A stretch of DNA of 64,000 bases from Xylographa opegraphella (Eukaryota): the NCBI GenBank assembly GCA_022813865.1, contig JALDZX010000007.1, positions 310,001 through 374,000 of the forward strand, in the 5' to 3' direction. Under the pieces are notes generated by a model. It ran no database searches. It was not told where the DNA came from and saw only the letters and a program-made list of their open reading frames with translations. Within the stretch, counting starts at the first letter, position 1. Each line of letters opens with the position of its first letter. Of this stretch, positions 37,168-48,981 are shown piece after piece. A program made the position numbers and the translations under genes.

Positions 37168-39570
37168 ATGGATCCCCTCACAGCTCTTGGTCTTGCGGCC
37201 GCTGTCATCCAATTTGTCCAATTTGGAATGCAAGTTGCTGCCCGTCTAGAAGACTATCGCGCGTCCAATCCCAACGAGATCCCGAAGTCTATCGAAGCAA
37301 TATGCACGCAACTGCCGCTTTTGCTGAACGCTTTCAACCGCATGAATTCCGAGACAAGTCTGAGTAAGCTTGATTTCGACACCAGATGCATTTTGAAAGG
37401 CGTGGTAGCCGGCTGCATGACCCAAGTTGAAGAGATTGAGAAGATCGTCCGGCAGATCAGCAATGAGCCCGGGCAGTCTCTTGGAGTCAAGATGCGGAAG
37501 GTGTTTGTCAGTTTGAAGAGCGAGGACAAGGTCTGGGCTATCGAGAGGAATTTGCATACTTATATCTCTGTTTTGATCTTGCATCATGTGGTTGATTCCT
37601 CTGAGGCTCCGGAGCGTATGCCGGACGATACGACCTACTTTGACATACGGGAGGAAAGAGTGTCTCCATTTTATGAGCGTGATGACTTGATCCGGGAGAT
37701 TGGCGACCAGTTATGGACTGCCTCAAGATCGCAGGTAGATTTGCCAAGTATCGTCGTGCTGGAGGGGCCAGAAGGTGTCGGAAAGACTCAGCTTGCCCTC
37801 GAATACTGCTATCGAGCGAACAAGCTGGAGCAGTTCCCTACGATATTCTGGCTTGATGCCAGCACGAGCGAGTCGCTGTGTCTTGGACTGGAAAGCATAG
37901 CAGCGACTGTCCGGCGCTCCAAGCAAGGGACTCGTTCAGAGAAGCTTGATTTCGTTCAGAGGTTCCTCCGCGAGCTATGGCACCCTTGGCTTTTAGTCCT
38001 CGATAACTATCAACACCTCGTCTGGGACAACTTTTTAGGATATCTTCCGAAAACTGGCCATGGGGGAATAATCTTCATTACCCGTGATTCAACCGGCAGC
38101 AGTCTAGGAAGGACAATCTCCGTTCGCAAATATTTGACTAAGCAGGACCGTAGCCGACTTGACTCCTCAATTGCCAGTGCAGTCCAATCAAACGACCTCG
38201 AAAGAGTCAAGGCTGTTGTGGCCGAAGGTGCCAATGTGAATGCTTTAGTTTTCAATCAATGGCCATGTCTGCACCGTGCGGCATTACTTGGATCTCCCGA
38301 AATAGTTTCTTTCTTGCTCGCTAATGGCGCTGATCCCGGACATGATGCTTTGCAGGACAGACCGCTCTGGTGGGCGGCAAACGGCGGCAATCCTGATGTT
38401 GTAGAGATCCTGTTGGACCATGATGACAAGAATGGTTATTTCTCCACCCTCCAAGAGAATAATCTTGCCTATTTGGCAGCCGCAAAAATTGGGAGCCTGG
38501 AAGCTGTCCGTCTCTTGTTAGACCGACGGGAAGTCACCTTGAATTGCAAAGACCATTACGGCTCAACGGCCTTGGAGTTAGCCGCGAAGAATGGCCATAT
38601 TGAAGTTGTTAAGTTTCTGCTCGATCGCAGTGCCTATTGCAAAGATGACAACAATCACGACCGAGCTCTTTTAAGCGCAATTTCGAGTTCTAATCAGTAT
38701 TACGAGCTCGTCAAGATATTTTGCACTACCGGCAAATTCAACCCTAATGCTCAAGGAGAGAATGGGAATACACCCTTGTACTATGCAGCGTGCTCAAAGG
38801 ACGACTCGTCTCGGACAGAAAACGGTGAAGACACCACAGAATTCCTTCTGGAGCTCGGCGCGGATCCAAACCTGCTCAACGAAGAAGGCAGAGGTCCCCT
38901 GCACGAAGCAGCGCTGCACAATCACACCAAGACCGTAAAACTACTCTTAAAACATGGTGCAGACCCTACCACAGAAGACCGTCTTGGCTACACCCCTCTT
39001 CGCTCTGCCATCAGATACAAGAGCCGAGACACGGTGTCCATCCTCCTCGACGTCGACTTCAGTGACCCAGCAAAGCGCAAAACCTACATGGAGAGCACCC
39101 TCATCTACGCAGCCCGAACCGGCGACCGCGACACCATCCTCTCCATCCTCGATAAATGCCCCGATATTGACATCAACTGCGTCGACGGGGAAGGCAAGAC
39201 ACCTCTGCTCCTCGCCGTCGACGGCGGGCACCAATCCACCGCCCGTTTCCTGGCCAAACGCCGCGCGCGCCAAGACATCGCTGACGCGGACGGTCGGCTC
39301 CCGCTGCATCAAGCCGCCAAATGGGGGTATGACTCGGTGGTCAAGGACTTGGTCCGGACGGGTAAGAAGTGTAATATGAAAAACCGCGAGGGCGACACGG
39401 CGCTGTGTCTGGCGGCTACGCAGGGGCATGACAAGGTTGTGGAGTTGTTGCTCAAGCTAGGCGCCGATTGGGAGTTGGCGAACAGGTTTGGGGATACGCC
39501 GCTGGATTTGGCGGAGGAGAACCATCACGCCACGGTTGTTAAGTTGCTGGAGGAGTTGGAGGTGAAGTAG
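37168..39570 (+). CDS. NLR-like protein: SesA/HeLo-like N-terminus + NB-ARC P-loop domain + ankyrin repeats
   Basis: MDPLTALGLAAAVIQFVQF start; Walker A GPEGVGKTQLA; IFWLDAS; Walker B WLLVLDN; IIFITR; many ankyrin repeats (GNTPLYYA, GRGPLHEAA, GKTPLLLA, GDTPLDLA). Confidence 0.9.
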   Translation: MDPLTALGLAAAVIQFVQFGMQVAARLEDYRASNPNEIPKSIEAICTQLPLLLNAFNRMNSETSLSKLDFDTRCILKGVVAGCMTQVEEIEKIVRQISNEPGQSLGVKMRKVFVSLKSEDKVWAIERNLHTYISVLILHHVVDSSEAPERMPDDTTYFDIREERVSPFYERDDLIREIGDQLWTASRSQVDLPSIVVLEGPEGVGKTQLALEYCYRANKLEQFPTIFWLDASTSESLCLGLESIAATVRRSKQGTRSEKLDFVQRFLRELWHPWLLVLDNYQHLVWDNFLGYLPKTGHGGIIFITRDSTGSSLGRTISVRKYLTKQDRSRLDSSIASAVQSNDLERVKAVVAEGANVNALVFNQWPCLHRAALLGSPEIVSFLLANGADPGHDALQDRPLWWAANGGNPDVVEILLDHDDKNGYFSTLQENNLAYLAAAKIGSLEAVRLLLDRREVTLNCKDHYGSTALELAAKNGHIEVVKFLLDRSAYCKDDNNHDRALLSAISSSNQYYELVKIFCTTGKFNPNAQGENGNTPLYYAACSKDDSSRTENGEDTTEFLLELGADPNLLNEEGRGPLHEAALHNHTKTVKLLLKHGADPTTEDRLGYTPLRSAIRYKSRDTVSILLDVDFSDPAKRKTYMESTLIYAARTGDRDTILSILDKCPDIDINCVDGEGKTPLLLAVDGGHQSTARFLAKRRARQDIADADGRLPLHQAAKWGYDSVVKDLVRTGKKCNMKNREGDTALCLAATQGHDKVVELLLKLGADWELANRFGDTPLDLAEENHHATVVKLLEELEVK

Positions 39571-40480
39571 GCGGGAGTGGTGTGATGGCTGCGTTTTATC
39601 TTGTCGCTGAGGCTGTAATTTTTAGGTTAAGGTTATCTGTAGAGAGATACATATATCATACCTATATCAGAATAGTTGAAATTTCGCTGAATTTATACAA
39701 TTCTCCTTCTACGGTCTTTTGGCACTTGGGTTCTAGCGCTTATCGATTCGATCATATCGACCACATGTAACAATACAAGCAGACTTCCACCAGTGGCGAA
39801 GTTGCAGCTTGCCGGGCACCTCGGGGAATCAATTTGTATATTCGAACTCTAATCATTGTAGTACGATTTACACATCTCTGAACACATCATTTCTTGCGGA
39901 CCCACTCCATAAGTATTCGACAAGTTTATCATCAAATGTAGTTACAGTTTGGGAGTTCATTCACTTTGAGTGTTCCCTACTAAACAAACTCAAACCCCCT
40001 TACCCCTGATCACTGAGCGTAGCCCTCAACCCAAAGCGGCTAAGCCCCCTTTCTCTCGAGAAGTCTCCACAGCAAGCGACGATAAAGTCGATACCGTGTT
40101 CAACTTCGACCAGCGCAACGAACTCCACGTTGAAACCGTCTCAATTGCAAAGCATTACCGCTACTCTGTTTTGGTTTCCTCGATGAACGTTTCTTCAACA
40201 AGCGACCATGAACTTCTGCAGGCGCTTGTACTTCGATCAGTGTTCGAAACCACAAGTTGTAAAGAATCGTCCAGCGATGCAGTTTTAAGTTTGTCGTCCA
40301 ATGATTGATATACTGTTTTGGACATGTTTATAATAACTACAAATCCCACCCATGCTCAGAATTCCCTTCTGTAGTTCCCCTTTGCACTTGATCATCTCCA
40401 GCAAACCGATCTGCCCCAAAACCCCTCCTCCGCCACCTCTACCCACTTTTCAAACTTCTCAACTTTCTTTTTCAGCCAGG

Positions 40481-41084
40481 ATGCTGTTTCTCTACACCCT
40501 CCTCCCTCTGCTCCCGCTGCTCCCCTCCACGCTCGCCGAGCCCAGCCCCGATGCCGCCATCATGAAGCGCGACGACTGCCACGGCTCCTTGATGTGCCAC
40601 GGATCCACCCACGACAACTCCGCCGCCCTGGAAGCCTACAACGCACCCACAAACGCCAAGGCCATCTACCACGACTACACCTCCTACACCGCGAACCACT
40701 TCACGGCCATCTACTCCTGCCCGCAGGGCAAATACCCCACCAACGTAACCGGCGCCGATATCTACGAAGCGTAAGCCCCCGCCCTCTCCCCTATCTCTTC
40801 TCCAAGAATCCATCATTAACCACTTCGGCATCTTTAGGGGCCTGCTCGTCAGCAAAAAATGCGGCAAGAAATGCGGCACCCACTGGCTGCCCGACAGCGA
40901 GGACAAGCTCAAGTGCCACGTCTCGCTGAACTATTGCGCGCACTGCAAGAAATTCGTCAATGGCAAGACTGGCGGCGACGTCAGCGGGACTCCGACCTCG
41001 ATCAGTATTCCTGCAGGCAGTCATACCCCGGGAGCGTTGGTGATACCGGCCTCGGATCCACATCCCGCGGATACACACTCTTGA
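40481..41084 (+). CDS. small secreted Cys-rich protein, KP4 killer-toxin-like (2 exons)
   Basis: Signal peptide MLFLYTLLPLLPLLPSTLA, Kex2 site KR, DDCHGSLMC..TAIYSC..TGADIYEA|GLLVSKKCGKKCGTHW..CHVSLNYCAHC; intron 40771-40837. Confidence 0.7.
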
Positions 41085-42125
41085 ACATGAGGCCTCCCTG
41101 TGCACACTTCCGTGGTATAGGCGTGGGCAGGACTGGTGTGGCCGGAGGGGCAAGGCGGGCGCTGATGGGGATGGAAGCTCCGTGTCTGCGGTCTCGCACG
41201 GTGGAGACTCGAGGGCGAGTTTTGGATGATGTGGGTTTTATTCGGGATGGAGGATGCGAAGGACGGATATGATAACGGGAATGATAAAAAGGTCGGCAGA
41301 CGACCGAGTGGCAGATTGTAGGATATACGCAGCGTACAGAGTGCAGGCACTTTTTAGTAAAATACACTATACCCAGAAGCCATCCAAGGAGATCAAGATC
41401 GGTTCAAAGCAATCGTCTACGCGACCAGTCCATGCCGCGGCCATCACGCTCCTGGCATGCAAGTATTTCAACAGCGTATAAAATTCGCAGTGGAACCATC
41501 AGCAACGAACCCATATCGAACATCATTTTTCAAGAAATCATTTAACGGACTTTCACAAGACTCGCGCCGGCATGAGTCTCCCGTGTAAGAGGGCGCACGC
41601 TGGATGACTACCAATGGACAGACATATAATAGCACACTACCAAATGAGAAAGACAGCAAACGACATCCCTTCGCGGTGCGCGCAATTTGAGCGATTTGGA
41701 AGGATTGTAGTCCATAAAACCCCCGGGATAGCCACCTATTGCATCGAAGTGAGTCCTGCTGTGTGGATCCTTCCAAGGCGGCGGTATACAGCCTTTATCA
41801 TGGAGGAACCGGTGACGCGCTGTCACAGTCTGTATAAAAACGATGGTGTCTCTCGGTCGGCATTTAGCATACCAAAGGAGTCTCTAAGCCTCAAATTCCA
41901 TCTTAGGGGCACAGGGTTGCTTTAGATCAATTGCCACATGTTCAGAATCCACAGAGCATCGCTTCTGATTGAAGCCAAGTGCCGAGGCAACGTTGATCTC
42001 GAATATGGGAGACTCGCAAGAGAGAAGGCAACTTGCTAACAACCGGAAATGATCATAACCCGTGGAATACCTTCATGAATACCTTACATTACAACCCCAC
42101 CCCTTATCCACCACCCATTAGCGCT

Positions 42126-44460
42126 CTATACATTATGCCCCTTGATCCTCACGCCGTCCCGCTTCGCCCGTTCCCGGATGTCCGCGATGTAAACCTGCTG
42201 CCTGACCTTCTCCCTGTCCTCCTCCTCGTACGGTACAGGCCCGTATGGGGAGTTCTCACCGCTCTGCAGCCACTTGATACTCTCCTCCACTTCCAGTTTC
42301 TTGGCACCTTGGTAGCGCATGAGGAACTGGTACACGCCGCGTACAGCGCTCTCCAAGGCGCCGACGATCCACGCGTGATGCTTGCTGGCGGCCTCCCCAA
42401 TGATGAAGAGCTTGCCTCCCGCGGACGGGGTGATGATGTCCGAGTACATCTTGGAGAACTGGCCAGGGCCGAAATGCGCAAAGGCGCCAGACATGAAGGG
42501 GTCGGCGCCCCAGTCGTAGGCATGGTGTTCGAGGTATTCGCTTTCGATCATTTTGTAGAGCTTCAGGTATGCCTCCTCGTCCTTCAGGCCATCTTTTTGG
42601 GGGCAATGGAGGAGGGCGAGGTTGTGGAAGAGCATCTCCTTCAGCTCGTGGTCATCGTCCGAAGGCTTCACAGCCGCAATAACGTCGTCGTTGCTTTTCT
42701 TGGAAACCAATGCGGAGAATCTCTGAGCATCCTGTCCCCATGTGTACGAAACCAATAGCACTGCATCCTTCTTCGTGCTGTCTTTGATATTGTAGGAAGG
42801 GTAGACACACACCCGCAGTGGCAAGTCCGTCTGTCCAAGTCCTCCTTTGTCGATCTTGAAGTCCTCAATCCACCATGGTCTTTTGAACTTGATGCCAACC
42901 TTGCAGGAGACTCCGTAGCGTAGAGCACGAATAGATAATTTGGTACCGTAATTCAGAACCGCGTCCGTCAGATCCATCCTTTGCATCGAGGCCAGGGTTG
43001 TGCTATTGAAAACTGCTGCGTATCTGCGACGGTCCTCATCGGCCTCGTTTTCTTTAGCAGGTCCGACTCGAATCTCCATATCGTTGTGGCCCTGGATCCG
43101 ATAATCTCGTCTGATCATCGTCACGTGCTGGTTGAACTGCACGTCCCCTCCTAGAAGCTCCTGTCTCATAGCATCTGCTACTAGCTGAGTACCCCCTTCA
43201 ATGCACCACCAGTTAACAGGTTTGCTTGGGTCACCCGAATGGTAGTCGAAGTCGAGAGAGCCAAGGATAGCCTCGCTCAATGCTTCATCAAAATTGAGAG
43301 ATCCACTTTGTTGCAAGTCAGTGAGTTACATTTGATGAACAGTTACTACAAACCTTCCAAATGTCTCCATCCACTCGATTGTTCTATAGTTATAACCCAG
43401 GCTGAATCAAGACTTAGAATTATCCATAACCTTGGGCTAAGAGACTTACTTCGCTAAGAACTGCCGTACGCTCAAATGATCCACAGTCATCAACTTTTTC
43501 CAGCCTTCCCCGTCGGTAATGCCAAGTTCAGCATCAGCTTTGAGTGCCTTTTTATAAGGCTCAATGAATTCGGTCAGGGCTTTCGAAGGTCCGTCGGAAC
43601 CAAGCTTTAAGAACCTGTTTCGTTCTCCTGTCAGCCAATCCCACGTTCGACCCAATATGTAGATTATGCGGATGATAAGGATAGCAATTTTACTGACTCA
43701 TCTGGAATCAATTCATCTTTTCTGTGGCTTTGGACGCGGAATGGATCATCAACATTCACAGGAGGCTCGCGGTAATGGAGATCGTTGTAATATTGTGGGC
43801 ACTTATTGCCTTTGAAATAATATGGAATCAATTTTACTGGCGTAGACAGTGAGACCTTAGTTTCGTCATCACTCGGGTGAGGACCATTTTTGTCCTTCAC
43901 GAAATGCAGACTCTTCTCGAAAAGATCAAACGTCCTGATCGCGCGGTACTTCGGTTAGGACACTGAAACTTTGCGGGTATAAGGACCAATGCATACCTTT
44001 GCATGATTGATATCTCTGGAAACCTCATAGCACCAACGTCGTAGTAATCATGTAGCTGATCAGAGAAACGATGAGTATACAGTCGACCGCCAAACCGCTT
44101 TTGATCCGCGGCCTCCAAAATTTCGTACTTGAATCCAAGGTTAAACTTCTCATTGAGCCGGTCAATCGTCATGGCAGTAAAAAGACCAGCCACTCCAGCT
44201 CCAATAATGCATATGTTGTATGGGGAGGTATCTTTGTCTTCCATGCCAGTGTCGGGTATTTTAGGATAAATGCCTTTCTTGATATCATCTTGCGACGGTA
44301 TCGGACCTTTAACGTCTTCCCAAGCTGGGTCCTCTTGAGGTCGGCTTAGCCAAAACTGGGCAATACTTTCCTCGACCAGCTTCTTTGCCCATTCAGCTCG
44401 AAAAGAGTGACCCCCCTCACTGGGGCCTAGTGGTAATTGTCTTTCCATTGTGGACGCCAT
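42126..44460 (-). CDS. flavin-containing amine oxidase / L-amino-acid oxidase-like, multi-exon
   Basis: ICIIGAGVAG, ILEA..GGRLYT, DVGAMRFP, WWCIEGG, TDLPLRVCVYPSY, GAFAHFGPGQF, GEAASKHHAWIVGALESA. Confidence 0.9.
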
Positions 44461-45544
44461 ACGTGCTATTCAGAAAATCTGCGAGATTTGCAGACGCTTA
44501 GGACAGGTTTGCTTTGGAACTGTCAATAAGACCCAGTATCCATGGGAGCACCAGGTTTATATAGATACTCTTGTCGTCCAAGGCTGCTCGCGCTACCGCA
44601 GCCATCACGCCCATGAACGGAGCGGCCGTCTGTGCCATAGCCGAACCACTCTGAGCTTTCCTAGACCAAACGAGTGCTTTGGTGGAGCTCGAGAGGACTC
44701 GGGTGCACGACTTAGAATAAGGTCTATTATCGATTTGCACGGAGCGTTCCATCGAGACCCTCCGGAAGGATTAAGATCCGCTCGCAATTGTCCAATTCAG
44801 AAGTAGTATGGTGCTTCAGCTTGGGTGTTTTATTGTGGCGGACATTCGAGAACACGGCCATAGTTTGGTTGCCTGCGTGAGTTGATTGAAACAGGCATTC
44901 GTCGGGTAAGTGGCCAATCAATGGAAGATCCAGCTCAGGCCTGGACAAGCCGCTCCTGCGGGTGACTGTGACCGATTCTGCATCAGTGGAGCAGCTCAGC
45001 TCTCGCTTTACCATATGGCGTGTTCTAGACAGGAGCTTACCAGAAGCCCGATGCAACGACCAATATCCCAAGTCAATCGCAGAATTTGCCTTTCTCGAGT
45101 TCATGATACCGCGCCGAAGGCTTGGGGCTTAATGTGGTGTCTGACCCAATTTCGTGGTGGAGACCTGAACTAACCAGCCTACCTGGTGAGCCTGGTCATA
45201 TAATATATCTTCGAAATTAGCCAACGACTAAAGACTCATCAACGGCACACGCAGTTCACAACAAACACTGCAAGTGGCTATGTCGACTATGAGCCAAAAT
45301 ACTCGGTCTGCGGAGGGGGTCCGGCAATTTCTGACTACAGCGCATCACACACATGAGTGAATTGCTTTGATGCCATGAACCGGCAAAAGACGTCAATAAT
45401 CGCTATTTCAAACTCTGCGAATTCCATCAGAAGTGAACGTGATCTCTATGAACGTCTCCAAAGAGTGAAATTTGACATGAAACGACACATTCTCAGCCCC
45501 CATGAAGCCACACGCGCTGTTGAAGACCGCCAGCTCTCGTTCAT

Positions 45545-46063
45545 TTAACTACAATAAAAACCATAGCTGAGCCAAGTTCCAGAAGTGGTGACGCAAGTTC
45601 CCGTGGTGTCAGTATTCAACCTCTCCGTAATCGAGCCTGACTGATTGGCTCCAGTATAGAGACTGATATGGCAATTCCCAGCGGCCTACAGAGCATTAGC
45701 TTTTCCTATTTGAAATAAAAAACCTAGTTCTAAAAGAAGACAGCATGCCTCAGTAACCACAATGGTCGCTTGTCCCGGATTAAAGTTCCCTTTGCACTCA
45801 GATCCACTGCAGTATATGGTAGTTCCGCTGCCACAACCTGAATAGTTGATCAGTATTGCTATTGCCGACGCTGCCCCGAGGATATTTTGAGAGCATCGCA
45901 CTCAGAATGGGATCTGATAGTTACTGACGCCCGACGGGCTGACGATGAATTTCGTAGGTCCATTCCGGGTGATAAGCTCACCGGCGGGTTGTGCAACTGG
46001 AGCACCCAAGGATAAGCTTGAGTAAATGGAAGTAAGGGCAATCAATGTAGACGGGAGCTTCAT
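45545..46063 (-). CDS. small secreted 6-Cys protein, 3 exons, absent from ORF track
   Basis: TATAAA at 46171-46176; MKLPSTLIALTSIYSSLSLGAPVAQPA...|CGSGTTIYCSGSECKGNFNPGQATIVVTE|AAGNCHISLYTGANQSGSITERLNTDTTGTCVTTSGTWLSYGFYCS*; second intron 45686-45748 needs a GC donor. Confidence 0.65.
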
Positions 46064-47580
46064 GATTACGAGGACTGCACAAAGACTTCAAGCTCTGGAT
46101 TGGTTCTGGGAATAATAGAATAAGTGAAGCGAATCGTCTTTGATATTGGAGAAACAATCAGGGAACGGTATTTATAGGCAGGTAGACCACACCCAAAAGA
46201 CAAGTTTGAACTTCATTTTCGAAATGCTTTGCACAAGATGAACAGCTCTCGTATAGAGCATGGTAAGCCGATGCTCAAACAGATGAAAGCCATGGCTGAC
46301 TCTGCATAAAGGCCATTTAGAAAATTGGTCATTGAACGAGCGACAACCACGCGGCTTGGCTTCAGCCGCTGCCAATTCGAGATTCGCCCGCCAACTGGAG
46401 CCTTCGATCCATGGTCGATACAAAATGGTAATGATATTGTTTATGGTGTAAGCAATTTGAAGCGCGGCTCGTCCTGCGGTTTGGAGAGCCAGACAGTGTT
46501 TCTTCAGTGTGAAAATTTAGTCACCCTTGATGATGGATGTTAGCAATATGTTTCAAATCGATATTTCGAGACATGTGAACTTGCTAGATACTCATGCTAC
46601 TACTACTCGGGGAGGAATCAAGGTTTCAAACCGAACCGTTGGCAGCTGCCGAGGCTCTTTTACTCTCGATATCTGGTAATTCCGATGCCATAAACACTTA
46701 GGAACGAGTGCCTGCTCAATGGCCGGCGCCAAAACGCATGCAGTCTTACTCATACGCTGTGCGCAAGAGCGATGCAATCACAGAGAAAAGCAATGAGAGG
46801 GGCGTCGCGCAGGATATATACAAATCGTGACAAACTGCATATACAACGCTGCAAAATGTAAGGTCATCAGTGACTGCTACTTTACTTTCGACCGCGGCAT
46901 CTATGATTCATAAGCGTATTACAGCTTGTGGCTGCGTTTGGTGGAATCTTGACCAATACACTGTGTATACGCTCTCAAAACGGGTGGCTCGCGCAGAATT
47001 GTCAAGACTCAACACACCTTTTTGACAACAGCTCAGAGTGGTAGCTTTCAGGGCTCGAAACCCTAATGCATGTCCAGGGCTAGGGTTAATACATCACGTG
47101 CTCCAGGACTCATGACGCTCTTGCCGGCAATGCCGCAGTCCTCATATCGCTTCTATGTCCAAATAGTAAATAATCGAAGCACTGATGAAGTCAGGTATGC
47201 TCACTCGTATCACGTAAATGTCTGGTGTTGTGGGCTTTATCATAGCCGTGTGATGTCACTCTTTTAGGATAGATAATCGGCCGAGGACGTAAGATTAGAG
47301 CTAGGTCCCAGAACATCCAGAACCAGCCATCAGTCACCAATGACCACAGCCACCGAACAGAAACATTGGTCTCCTGCCGGTTTTATAATCATAATCCCTG
47401 AAGGCGTATCAATGGACCTGCCTGTAGGTGGAGGTTTTCGGCAGCTGGATTGAAGGGCCACAAGAAGTTAGAGCGGCTTCAACCATATCTACTCAATTAG
47501 CGGTGGAGGATGAGTACAACTCCTTTTTCAATCTACCCCACATTCTCGTCCTCCCAAGACCAGTCAGGCATGCATCTTGA

Positions 47581-48981
47581 ATGGCACACCGACCTCTATT
47601 ACTGCACTCGCGCTTCATCCGTGAGCTGTGTCCCCTTCACCGGAATAGACGTCGCTCGATCGTGACTTCTGCTTCGGCGTCAGCTACGCGATCTATTCCG
47701 CCCACCAACATCAACCTCGATTCCGCAGACGACCAAGTTACTCGACTTGCCGCCCAACCTTTGCACCACTTGACACTCTCGGACCTTGTGCGGTACTGTT
47801 GCATTCTTTTGACTGATACCCGTATCGACATCTTACTGACCAATGCTCCCGAAACTAGCCATGGCCGCCCCCCTCTCTCTACACACGCCCTCCTCTCCTC
47901 CGCGAACTTCACCCTCTCCCTGCTACCCATTCGGCTTGCGCACCGTATCCACGCCCTCCGCAACCTCCCATTCATCGTCGTCTCCAACCCGCATATTTCC
48001 CGTATCTACAACAATTACCTACATTCCCTCAGCACGCTGCTCCCCCTCGCCCACTCGCCCATAACGTCCCTCGCCGCGGAAGCCGCGTTCACCGATCTAA
48101 TGGCGGACCTTGTTCAAACACATGCCAACACCATCCCTATTCTTGCTCGTGGCTTCCTTGAATGCCGCCGCTATATCGCTCCTGCGGACGTGACCCGCTT
48201 CCTCGACGAGCACTTGCGCGCCCGTATTGGCACTCGGCTGATCGCCGAGCAGCATATCGCATTACATCTCTCCTCGCAGCCGCATTGCGGTGATACCCCA
48301 CCTCCACCCTCGACACACATCGGGGTTATTGACACAAAACTGAGCCCTGTTGCCGTGCTGCGCCATTGCGAAACATTCGTGGGCGAGCTGTGCGAGCTTA
48401 AGTACGGTGTACGGCCGTCGCTAGTGGTACGTGGGGCAGTGGATACAACTCTCGCGCACGTGCCGACCCATCTCGAGTATATCCTTACCGAGCTACTCAA
48501 GAATGCATTTCGTGCAACGGTGGAGAGTGGGCGTGAGCGCGAACCTGTCCAAGTCACGATCGCAGAGTCGCCGGCTCAACTACATCCCTCGGAACTAAAT
48601 ACCGTCAAAGACGGTGGGCGAAAAGTGGAGGGCGAAACATCTGACCCAGGCGTGGAGCCTCCTACCAGCGTGACCATCCGGATCCGGGACCGTGGTGGGG
48701 GTATCTCACCGGTGCATCTGCCGCACATCTGGGGATACAGCTTTACAACGTTTTCCGACGAGGACATGGGTCCAGATGCGGGCGGGGGCAACGGAACGAT
48801 TGACGCGCTGAATACCCTTTCAAAGTCGGGTGGTGAGGGTAGCAGTATCGCGGGTTTGGGGTATGGCTTGCCCTTAGGGAGGGCGTATGCGGAGTACTTT
48901 GGCGGAGGGGTGGCGGTGCAAAGTCTATGGGGATGGGGAACCGACGTTTTCTTGAGATTGAAAGGGCTAGGACGGGTATGA
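47581..48981 (+). CDS. mitochondrial alpha-ketoacid dehydrogenase kinase (PDK/BCKDK family)
   Basis: Arg-rich targeting peptide, LPIRLAHRI, RIGTRLIAEQH, ELLKNAFRA (N box), IRIRDRGGG (G1), AGLGYGLP (G2); in-frame intron 47793-47858. Confidence 0.92.
   Translation: MAHRPLLLHSRFIRELCPLHRNRRRSIVTSASASATRSIPPTNINLDSADDQVTRLAAQPLHHLTLSDLVRYCCILLTDTRIDILLTNAPETSHGRPPLSTHALLSSANFTLSLLPIRLAHRIHALRNLPFIVVSNPHISRIYNNYLHSLSTLLPLAHSPITSLAAEAAFTDLMADLVQTHANTIPILARGFLECRRYIAPADVTRFLDEHLRARIGTRLIAEQHIALHLSSQPHCGDTPPPPSTHIGVIDTKLSPVAVLRHCETFVGELCELKYGVRPSLVVRGAVDTTLAHVPTHLEYILTELLKNAFRATVESGREREPVQVTIAESPAQLHPSELNTVKDGGRKVEGETSDPGVEPPTSVTIRIRDRGGGISPVHLPHIWGYSFTTFSDEDMGPDAGGGNGTIDALNTLSKSGGEGSSIAGLGYGLPLGRAYAEYFGGGVAVQSLWGWGTDVFLRLKGLGRV

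Noticed and set aside
39970..40308. 112-aa ORF between the NLR and KP4-like genes
   Set aside because: Non-ATG start, no motif; probably promoter or intergenic DNA.
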